NCBI GenBank assembly: GCA_002269645.1
Contig: NIVC01001405.1
Coordinates: 1-64,000, forward strand
Reading direction: 5' to 3'
Source: Macrostomum lignano
Lineage: Eukaryota
Length of the DNA: 64,000 nt
Shown here piece by piece: positions 11,501-23,500 of the stretch; positions within the stretch are counted from its first letter, which is position 1, and every line of letters starts with the position of its first letter. A program made the position numbers and the translations under genes. The notes beneath the pieces are model-generated. The model had not been told where the DNA came from and did no database searches. It saw only the letters and a program-made list of their open reading frames with translations.

Positions 11501-14500
11501 CTCGACGACATTTGGATGTAGAACGCTTAACGCACTTTACAGAATTTACATACGAGTACTTTGCTGTAAATCGAGGAACTCTGCGACACCTGCACTTCTC
11601 GCGTCTCGATACGAACGTCGACAGACCGTCACGGTTCAAGCCTCTCAGCGTACTGGCGCCGTGTTTCAGAGCGCGACTCACGAAGCTCATCACTCGGCTA
11701 GCCCGAGTTCTGCTCATCTTGATCCAAGCACCTCGAGTCGATCGAGACAAACCGCGGTACGAGTTGCGTCTTCCGCACAGATTTCCGGTTATGAGGAAGT
11801 TCAGCTGAGCGTTCTTTCTTCGAGCCAGCGATCGGACGTTGCTCTCCTTTCTGGAGTCATGAAAATTGAGTTATAATATTTTTTCAGCTGATATCTTGGT
11901 ATTGGTAGCAAAAAAGCAAAATTAACTTAATCAACACATGCCATGTCTGCTCACCGTCTGTCTCGAGCTGACGGACTCGCATCGGTGAACACGTACACAA
12001 TTGAGTTCTTCTTTACTCTGGTCAGCGCTTCGTATATTCATGAGAAGCCGAACTCGGCGCAGTCGCCTCCGCCAGATGCGCGCATTGCGTTCACTGCTCT
12101 GATGAGAGAGTTCACGGAGCTGCGAGATCGCGCACGAGTCGCCGTCACTGGACCAACTTTCGGATCGCCGTACGGCACAAGCACGAATTTGTTTACCTGA
12201 AATGGCCAGGTAGCGTTTCGTTTGCCATGTTAGAAAATTGGTCTTCTTTATTTAGGGCTCTGAAATTTAGATTGAAAACCACTTACGATGCGCGACTTAG
12301 CGTTCGCATTGATGACCTCGCGGATCTTGGCCTTGATCGCGCGGATCACCGATCCCATGCTGCCGGTCACGTCGACCACGAAAGCCATGTCGATGGCGTT
12401 CTTTTTGGACGGTTTCTTGCCAGTCTTGGCTCCGATGCAGCTGCACTTCTTAGTGTAGCCAGCCACACGCTTGCCGACTCGGACTCTCGAGCGAATGCGC
12501 CTTGACTTCATTCTGCGCGGGCAGCGAACTGCAACCGATTGCAGTAAGCAGTTTCAATTTTACTCGGTTGCTTACGCACATATTTAAATAAATTTAATTC
12601 GAGCCATTTAGCAGTCAATCATTTCTCACCTCTGATGCACTTTCTGCCATATCGTCGAAAGTATTTTCCACAACGTTCTGAAATAGTAAAAGTTGTAATA
12701 CAAGCTAGTTTAAAAAAACGTGCTCCATAATTCAGTGGTTATACACTCGTAAAGCAACGATTACAATCCAATGAAACGGCAAATATGGCCATAATAAGTA
12801 ATTATTGACCCCGAAGTTGATGTTTTGAAAGAATTTAATTTGAAGTAAAAAATTGGCTCTTATCCAGACTGTACGAGCAAACACCTTTATTCTTCCCCTT
12901 CTCAAAAGAAAAGAAGATAATGCTCAGGGATGTCTCTGGTTTTAGGCGTTGGCGCAGTAATCTACCGGCTTGACGAGCATCGCTAGTGGCTAACCGCAGT
13001 TTGTATGAGTAGATGTTTGGGGTGGTGTTGCGCGCTATGGTAGTTGTTGCATGTGTGGTTGTGTGTAGGTACGGGCCTGGCCCTGTGCGAGTGGTTGGCG
13101 CAATAGATTTTTTCTTCCTCTTAGCTGTGTCAACTTGCTTGTGAATCTTATTTAAATGTGTTATTTTATACCACATCTTTCGAGCGTATTAACTTTATAC
13201 AAATTATATTTCGATGGGCTTCGTGCTGGCTTGCGTCTCATTTTCAGATGTTTGGCAATAAATTGTATCAGCTATTTATGTTAATCACTGTTACAGACTT
13301 GCAGATCTTTCATTGCAAGATTAAGAATTGATTTTCGGCTCACTAAGTATTTCACTAGTCAAATAAGCTGGCTTTACAAAAATCAGCAACTGCGAGCGCA
13401 CAACAGAGAGTCCCAAAGCCGACTTTCGAGTAGTGGAGCCAAGGAAAGTCCCAACCCAAATTTTTACACCTTGAGACATCGTTTACCAAAAATGCAGGAC
13501 AATTTCAACAACTCTCACGAAATACGAGCGTACAAAAGTTTACAGTTTAAGTTTTGTGTATTGTGAGGCATACTGAAGCCCTACCATCTGCCTTCAATTG
13601 TTGTGAGATGACTGTCGCTTTGATTGGCGGAGTTTTTCAGAGACCCTATGGTTCGACCAAACGAACCATAAAGTAACTAATAAAGTTGCCGTCAGTACGC
13701 TCGTAAATTAGTAAATTATGAGTTTCGTTTACTGTTTCTAAAATACCAGCTAGAAAAAATTGTCTGTGTCATTGAAATTACAAAAAATCTCTGTACACGA
13801 AGTAGTCGAACTTTTCACGGAATTAATCAATCGTTCTTTCTATAAAATCCAATTTTACGGAGCATTAAGTGGGGTCCACATTGATACGGAGTTTCTATTT
13901 ATGAGAGTCACAGGAAAGGTTGAAGTCTTACTAGGAAACACTTTTGGCAAATTACTTGATTCCATTAAAAACTCAATACTTTACAAAACGATGAACATGT
14001 AAACACGGTACAAATGTCTAAAGATACTCACTGGAGCTCCTGCGCACGCATCTGACACGACGGCGCCGACCAGACCGAACTGTCTGGAATCCTGGCGGGC
14101 ACCTTCGACGTCCTCGACTGCCGCTCGAACTGCTGCCGCCAGTCCGGGCAGCCCCGCGCCTCACGCACCTGCCCTTCACGCGTCTATATCCTCGACGGCA
14201 CCTTCTCGAGTGCCTCACACACTTGCCCTTCACGCGTCTGTATCCTCGACGGCACCTTCTCGAGTACCTCACGCACTTGCCCTTCACGCGTCTGTATCCT
14301 CGACGGCAACTTCTCGAGTACCTCATGCACTTGCCCTTCACGCGTCTGTATCCTCGACGGCACCTTCTCGAGTACCTCACACACCTGCCCTTCACGCGTC
14401 TATATCCTCGACGACACCTTCTCGAGAACTTCACACACCTGCCCTTCACGCGTCTATATCCTCGACGACACCTTCTCGAGAACTTCACACAGCTGCCCTT

Positions 14501-17500
14501 CACGCGTTTGTATCCTCGACGACACCTTCTCAAGTACTTCACACACCTGCCCTTCACGCGCCTATATCCTCGACGACACCTTCTCGAGTACCTCACACAC
14601 CTGCCCTTCACGCGTCTATATCCTCGACGGCACCTTATCGAGTACCTTACACACCTGCCCTTCACGCGTCTATATCCTCGACGACACCTTCTCGAAATCT
14701 TCACACACCTGCCCTTCACACGTCTGTATCCTCGACGACATTTGGATGTAGAACGCTTAACGCACTTTACGGAATTTACATACGAGTACTTTGCTGTAAA
14801 TCGAGGAACTCTGCGACACCTGCACTTCTCGCGTCTCGATACGAACGTCGACAGACCGTCACGGTTCAAGCCTCTCAGCGTACTGGCGCCGTGTTTCAGA
14901 GCCCGACTCACGAAGCTCATCACTCGGCTAGTCCGAGTTCTGCTCATCTTGATCCAAGCGCCTCGAGTCGATCGAGACAAACTGCGGTACGACTTGCGTC
15001 TTCCGCACAGATTTCCGGTTATGAGGAAGTTCAGCTGAGCGTTCTTTCTTCGAGCCAGCGATCGGACGTTGCTCTCCTTTCTGGAGTCATGAAAATTGAG
15101 TTATAATATTTTTTCAGCTGATATCTTGGTATTGGTAGCAAAAAAGCAAAATTAACTTAATCAACACATGCCATGTCTGCTCACCGTCTGTCTCGAGCTG
15201 ACGGACTCGCATCGGTGAACACGTACACAATTGAGTTCTTCTTTACTCTGGTCAGCGCTTCGTATATTCCTGAGAAGCCGAACTCGGCGCAGTCACCTCC
15301 GCCAGATGCGCGCATTGCGTTCACTGCTCTGATGAGAGAGTTCACGGAGCTGCGAGATCGCGCACGAGTCGCCGTCACTGGACCAACTTTCGGATCGCCG
15401 TACGGCACAAGCACGAATTTGTTTACCTGAAATGGCCAGGTAGCGTTTCGTTTGCCACGTTAGAAAATTGGTCTTCTTTATTTAGGGCTCTGAAATTTAG
15501 ATTGAAAACCACTTACGATGCGCGACTTAGCGTTCGCATTGATGACCTCGCGGATCTTGGCCTTGATCGCGCGGATCACCGATCCCATGCTGCCGGTCAC
15601 GTCGACCACGAATGCCATGTCGATGGCGTTCTTTTTGGACGGTTTCTTGCCAGTCTTGGCTCCGATGCAGCTGCACTTCTTAGTGTAGCCAGCCACACGC
15701 TTGCCGACTTGGACTCTCGAGCGAATGCGCCTTGACTTCATTCTGCGCGGGCAGCGAACTGCAACCGATTGCACGAAGCAGTTTCAATTTTACTCGGTTG
15801 CGTACGCACATATTTAAATAAATTTAATTCGAGCCATCTAGCAGTCAATCATTTCTCACCTCTGATGCACTTTCTGCCATATCGTCGAAAGTATTTTCCA
15901 CAACGTTCTGAAATAGTAAAAGTTCCAATAGTTACAAAATTATGCTACATGATTCATGAATCAGTTTTTATAATCCAGCAGTTTCAATTACAATCCAATT
16001 TAAAGACAAATGTAGCCAAGTAAGGAATGATTGAGCCTGAAGTTAATTTATAAAAAGAATATAAGTTGAAGTAGAAAATTGGGTGCAACTATTTGCTGCA
16101 CCTGTGAGGATTGCTCGAACTAGATTTTTCAGATGGTTTTACCAACTGTAACTCATTCAGTCTTCCTCAGATAGCAACAACAACAAAATACGTCAGTGGA
16201 TAGAGCGTCCTTAACAAAACAAAAGGAGTAGATAATGAGACGAGATGTCTATGGTTTTAGGCATTTGCACATCAAAACAAACATCGCTAGTTGTAACCGG
16301 GGTTAGTGAGGGTTAGGCGTTAGGGGTGGTGAAACGTGTTGTGGTTGTTGCGCGTTGGGGTGGGTTTCTGCGCGGCTTGTTTATGCAATAGAATTTCTCT
16401 CTTGTTTTAAGCAATGGAATCTTAGTTGAATGTGTTACTAAGATGTGTTACTATATACGCTCGTAGTAGGACAATGTTAAAAGTTTCACAAAATACATAG
16501 GTTTAAATTTTAAGTTTTGTACATTGTGAGGCATCCTGAGACGCTACCACGTGCCCTTGATGGCTATGAGACGTCTTGTGCCAGCAGTGCATGGATAAAT
16601 TCTGAATTTTGTATACTGTATTTGAAGCAGAAAAACTTTTCAATATCATAAAAATTATTAAAAATTAGGTCCAAATTTTAACGAAATCAATATTAATTTT
16701 TATCTGTTTGCTACCACAAATTTGCAACAAAATAAATTTAGTGCCTGCATTTATACAGCGTTTCGATTAATAGGAGTCATAGACAGGAAAGCTTGAGCCT
16801 TACTTGGGAAAGATTTTCGCAGATAATTTGACTGGGTTTCAGACTCAAGAATTTACAAAATCATGTACATGTAAACTCAGTACAATCGTCTGTAGACACT
16901 CACTGGAGCTTCTGCGCACGCATCTGACAAGACCGCGCCGACCAGACCGAACTGTCCGGAATCCTGGCGGGCACCTTCGACGTCCTCGACTGCCGCTCGA
17001 ACTGCTGCCGCCAGTCCGGGCAGCACTGCGCCTCACGCACCTGCGCACCGTCACGTACTTGTAGGTGTTCACCGTGCGCCGAGTTCGGGTACAGCGGCAG
17101 CGTTTGCGGTGTCGCACGAATCTGGCCAGACCGCTGCGGTTCAGCTGTCGCATGCGTCTGGCTCCGAAAGCCAAAGCGCTGCTGATGAACGACAGAACTC
17201 GATTGGACATTCGTTTGTTCATTGCGGTCCACGAGCCGCTGCTTTTCTTTGCGAGGTTTTTGTACGAACTGCGACGTCCGCAGAGGTTTCCAGAGATGAG
17301 GAAGTTCACCTGGATTTTTCTGCTGCTGATCAGTTTCTGCAAAGCTGCTTGGCTCCTGAGTAACAAACCAAAGGAAAAACTTACATTTAATATGAATTTA
17401 CGGAGAAACAATGAATTTAAAACGATAATTAACATTACTACGCTCCTACATGCAATAGCTAAGCGGGGTCAGAGTAGTTCAGTGGTAAACGCGACTGTAG

Positions 17501-20500
17501 TTCAGTGTGATTTCACATTAATTCAAAACTCCTTTACAAAATTAGTACACATGCTTGTTTTAGCTGGTTTTCAAGAGGGCCGATCCACAACCAACCGAAC
17601 GTGTACATTCCTAACGAGTAAGTAGACGAGTAACGCTGGACACATCACGTGAGTTCGTGCCCGTGTACGTATTTGTGTACGGGTCAGTGCCCACGGGTCA
17701 GCAGAATGTATGTAACTAATTTTCCCCTCCATAGCTGCAATTCCACTGACGCCCCAATGCCTCGGTGTCTTTTTGTACAGCAAGCTAACAAGCTGCACAT
17801 CTTACTACATCTTACTACTCTAGCGAAATACTTACACCTTGTCCTTTCTCGATGAGCTGGCGTCGGTGAACACGTACATGATAGAGCCCGGCTTCAGCAC
17901 CGACGCTGCCTGGTACATGCCTGAGCGACTCAGCTCGGGACAGTCGCCACCGCCAGATGCTCTCAATCGGTTCACTGCACTCAGTAGTCGCCGTCTCGAT
18001 CTCGCATTGTTTGCTCGACTCACGACTCGAGGACCGACCACTGGATCAGCGAATGGGACCAACACAAATTTGTCCACCTAAAATATCAATGGACACAAAT
18101 ATCAGTAATTGTCTTTACTATCGATAAAAATAAGAAATGCAATCGAAGCTGCATGCTTACCACTCCGAAGCGTGAGTTCGCATCGATAACCTCTCTGATC
18201 TTGGCCTTGATTCCGCTGATGACGCGGCTCATGCTGCCAGTCACGTCGACAACAAACGCCATGTCAAGAGCTCGCTTCGTGACCTTGGCTGGCGGCTTGC
18301 CGTGGAGACAGCGGCACTTCTTCACGAAGCCGCCGACTGCTCTCTTACCAGCGCGCTTCTTCTGTCGAGTTGTCTGCATACGATAGCCTTTAGGACACCT
18401 TCGAGACACTGCACGACGAACACACCGTCCTTTCAGCAGTCGATAGCCTCGGCGGCATTTCTTTGACGATTTTCTGATGCATCTCACCGCGTTCACATAT
18501 GCGTACTTGGGCGTGATTCGAGGAACTCTACGACACCTGCACTTCTCGCGCCTCGATACGAACGTCGACAGACCATCGCGGTTCAAGCCTCTCAACGCAG
18601 TGGCGCCGTGTTTCAGAGCGCGACTCACGAAGCTCATCACTCGGCTAGCCCGAGTTCTGCTCATCTTGATCCAAGCGCCTCGAGTCGATCGAGACAAACT
18701 GCGGTACGAGTTGCGTCTTCCGCACAGATTTCCGGTTATGAGGAAGTTCAGCTGAGCGTTCTTGCGTCGAGCCAGCGATCGGACATTGCTCTCCTTTCTG
18801 CAGACAAGAAATTTTACTGGGTGGTTTGCGTATCCGGCGTTTGCGCACACTTCCGTCCTCTTTTGGCTACCCCAACCCCTTCGCCTGTGTTCGGGAGTCG
18901 TTATTTTTGCTCAACGCCTGGTTTGGAGGCCAGTTTGCCTTATCCAGATTTGATTGTGAGGCTAGTAGTACTATAAATTTAATCGAATCATACACGCGCA
19001 GTCGCACATACAGTGCATACTACTTATTCAATGCGATAAGTGTAGCATCGTAAAGACATGCGAACTTCTTTTAGACTGTAAATGTGCCCTCTATCATAGT
19101 ATGCTACTATGTTCTGTGAAACTAATCTCTGTTCGGGAGTAAAAAGGCAGCCTGCGTCATAAGGCCCTAGCTTAGGCTGGTGATGAGAGAGTAGAGAGTT
19201 ACGGCTAGAGTTGGATTAAACCTGCCACTTGTTAATTACTGGTTTCGGGGTGGAAACTAAAACAGGTTGTCGAGAGTATGTTTTTACGTTTAATTTTTTT
19301 GTTTAATTTTTTGTCGCTGTTCTAGCTTCCAAAGTTCGAACTATGCATTTCTGATTTTTTCTAAATTATCCCGATACTGAATGATCTACCCACTGTCACG
19401 CGCGAGCTTCCCTGCGCTTGGACCCGGCCTATTCCTATGACAATAAGTAATAGTTGCAGGAGAGTTTCGGGCAACCTAGCGCTGAGTCTGATTCAAGCGC
19501 GCGGTTATTGTATGCAGGCACGCTCTCACAAAGTGCCCTAACTTTCTAGTAGCCCAGACGAGCTCTGTGCCTTAGGGTTGGCCCCCAGTAGGTGTGAGTG
19601 GCACGACAACCCCGCTGCCAAATTTTTGTGCACATACCCCAAATTAATAATGCCGCGGCGCACAAAATCGAACCGGAGGGGGGGGGGGCGGTGGCGGGAC
19701 AGTCAGAAGCGTTTACAGCAGAGGCTCCATCGGTCTGTCCCTCTTCACAGTGCACATTTCCAGCGCTACCAATTTTCTACCTTCGAAACAACTTTGGTAA
19801 GTTATGCGCTGCATTGTTCCGCAGGAGCTCAAAGAATCTGCACGGAGTAAAGCTTTTACATTCGGATAGACAGACAACACTATTATATACACTGAAGAGT
19901 ACAATTCTGTATAAAATTCTACATCACCGTAAGCAGATAGAGAAATTTGAAACAAATTTAAAACAAAAAATGTTGAAGTGACAGAATGCGAATAACACAC
20001 GTATTTCTTGTGGCATGCGCATCGATTGCGCTAATCACTGTCACGTATTTCGTCTCCCGGAAACAAAAATGCACCGCTTCGGAGTCCTATGCCTATCGGC
20101 CCGAAACATTGACCGCTTCAAAACTAAATCTCATTGGAAGCAAAAGCCTGACCGCTGAAGAGCCGCTGCCAACGCTGAGCAATGTCGCAATGATCAAAAA
20201 CTGTCCTCCATTCAACGAGCTCCGCAGCGTCGACTTCACGAACCCCAGCCTGAAGCACCGGCTATGTCAGGAGACGCCGGCCTACCAGTTGGTCAGGGCC
20301 AAGTTTCCCCTGTGCGAGCTGAACAGGAACTTACCGCAGCAGGTGTACACCATTGTCAGACAAGGGTCTCCTCTGGCCAATGTGACCCGAGCGATGGGCG
20401 GCCCTTTAATGCCGATATTCACCTTCGGCAAGGAGGACATGATTTCCGGACTAATTCTAAGACACAATAAATGGGAAAGTAGCGCAATTCGGACGATGCT

Positions 20501-23500
20501 CGACCTGTTAAAGAAGTTTCCGACAAACTCTGCGACTTTCCTGGATATTGGCAGCAACCTTGGCATCTACAGTCTGCAGGCCAGAGAGCTTGGGTATCCC
20601 GTGGTGGCCATCGATGCAAACATTCGCGTACTTGTCAGGCTGCAAATGTCAGCGAAGCGGCTGAACTTGCTTGACGACAAGCTGAAGCTCTTCTGGGGCT
20701 TCATCAGTGACGACGTGGCGGTCAAGCGGATCAGCTGGGACACTGACGGCATGAATTGCAATGTTGGAGGCGGCTCAGGCGGATTGGCTGACTGAAAAAG
20801 GCAGGTCACGAAGTCAATCGAGGACACAATTCCTCTGACCACTGTCAAGGCGGACGAGCTTCGAGCGCACATCGGCACCAAGAATGTGGTCATCAAGATG
20901 GACATCGAGTCTGGCGAGCACCTGTTCATGAAGACTGGCGAGAAGCTGTTTAGCGAACTCAACATCATGGCGCTGCAGATGGAGTTCTGGCGGAAAAAAC
21001 TCAGTAACGGACCGCAATTGTCCAAACATTACGAGTTCGTGACGCGCTTCATGACCTCGAGAAATTTCTCCCTGCCGTCCATGAAGAGCTTCAAAATTCA
21101 GAACATCTCTACATTCAGCGAATGGGACGGACTGTGGGTCAGAAACGACTTTTTGGCTCAAATTGCTAAAAAAGGTTGATGCAACTTGCAGTGCTTGGAG
21201 ATCACTGGGTCATACGCACTGGATCTCACTTTCACAAGATACGAACTAATAAATAGACTTTTAGAAGCGAAACTGGGGTTTTAAGCTAGAAGAATTCTCA
21301 TATAAAATAGCATTTCTGATGTGCATCTTGGGTTTAATTAAGATGGTTTTACCGCAAATTAATTTTTTTACGCCCTTTTGTGTTCCTCGCCCTCGCGGCT
21401 CAGTTTTTTTTGCGACACTCCCTCGTTTTTTTTTTAAATTACAATTTTTAAATTACTTGCAATTATTTTTATCGACTATAGGAGATTATTGTAATGGGCC
21501 TAGGCCTATTTTATTGCTCAACTAGACATACACGTAACCCTAACTACGAGTACTTTAACTTGATTTTTTACTGATTGCGATTTGCGTCTGCAAAGTATAA
21601 GTATTTTTATAACCAGGCCTACTCTTGAACTATAGGAGAGAAACCCAACATTGCTTTGTCATATTGGGTATACGCCAAGGCTAAGTATATTCCGTAATGT
21701 CCAGTAGTGAACTATGAGCGTAATAACCAATGTTGCGCTGAAGATTTTTGGCTACTTTATTTTGCTTCCTAAACTTATACTTAAATACCAATCGCACCAA
21801 AATATAGGATGTCTCCATTGTACAGGATGTTTCTTGCACCGACATCTAATTGGAAACTAAAGTTAATGTCCTACTGGGTAAGCGACAAAAATCTGACACA
21901 ATCTGGATAAAAAAGTAACTTCTACATGCAACCGATTCAGAGATACAGACAGTTTTAATGTTCGGCCTTCAAGTATTTTCCACGATTTGCAAGTGTTGCC
22001 TTCTCCTAGTCCTTGATCTGCAGTTGATCCTCTCGATTGGGCTTCAGGGTCTTCAGGGTCCCAGGTTCCAGGAAACGAAAGCCCCCCAGACATCAGAGGC
22101 GTCAATTAAAGAACATGCTTTCAACCACGGCAGTACAAAAGAGAAGGAGTTGCCGGTTCCTTATAAGGAGCAGTTAACTGTTCAAAGGCCAACTAAATTG
22201 CTTAGAAGCCTTGTAGAATTGCCGCACTCTTGGCTAATTTCTACTGCGTGGGAATCTATGGGCCCCGTCAGATGAAATCTGAGGTATTTCCACTCATGAA
22301 CTGATTATTAATTGCTTTTTCGTGCTCAACTATATTCGGAAGTGACTATTCTTTAGGTACTGATTGAAAATTACTAAGGACCATATCATAGATTCGTAAT
22401 ATTTCTCCGCTGATATCTTGGTATTGCAGCAAAAGACTGCATGCTACACATGCCATGTCTGCTCACCGTCTGTCTCGAGCTGACGGACTCGCATCGGTGA
22501 ACACGTACACAATTGAGTTCTTCTTTACTCTGGTCAGCGCTTCGTATATTCCCGAGAAGCCGAACTCGGCGCAGTCGCCTCCGCCAGATGCGCGCATTGC
22601 GTTCACTGCTCTGATGAGGGAGTTCACGGAGCTGCGAGATCGCGCACGAGTCGCCGTCACTGGACCAACTTTCGGATCGCCGTACGGCACAAGCACGAAT
22701 TTGTTTACCTGAAATGGCCAGGTAGCGTTTCGTTTGTCATGTTAGAAAATTGGACTTCTTTATTTAGGGCTCTGAAATTTAGATTGAAAACCACTTACGA
22801 TGCGCGACTTAGCGTTCGCATTGATAACCTCGCGGATCTTGGCCTTGATCGCGCGGATCACCGATCCCATGCTGCCGGTCACGTCGACCACGAATGCCAT
22901 GTCGATGGCGTTCTTTTTGGACGGTTTCTTGCCAGTCTTGGCTCCGATGCAGCTGCACTTTCTCACTGATCCGGAGACTTTGCGCCCTGTGTAGACTTTC
23001 TGTCGGACATATCGCTTAGCGTAACCACTGGGACATTTTGCTGGAAGGTCAGATTTTGCATAAGCTGGTATCTTAAGATGCTCTCTGCATTTCACAGCAC
23101 TTTCGAACATTTATTTAATGAGTGCTTACTTCGGACGCAACTTTTTCCTACTCGTCGAAAACGTTTTGGGCATCTCATTCTGACACAGAATCGTCCAGAT
23201 TTTTTTGTGCCTTTCGGACAATTCCCTGAAAATTTTGGAATATACTCGTAGAAAGCAAATTGCATTGAATAATTTATATCTCATAGTTCTGAGATTCGAA
23301 GTTTAGCTTTTTTTACTTACGAACGCATAGCTTTCCTTTCTTCTTGTATCCAGCTGTACAGTGAGCTGAAAGTGAATAATTGAATGACTAATTGTTATTG
23401 CAGCAGTTCCCGCTGCCTAAAGTTTTGCAGTTGTACAATTGTTAAATGGAACTTACTTCGCACGCACATGCGTCGCCTTCTCACGAAACCGGAGGGACAT

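Larger units (their letters stand above)
4044..15925. repeat. Tandem segmental duplication with ~3.7-kb period (three near-identical units plus partial flanks)
   Basis: Exons and the ~1.5-kb intron recur at offsets of about 3714-3716 bp (exon starts 5098, 8814, 12528), then a shorter unit at 15758 that has a smaller repeat array. Confidence 0.9.
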
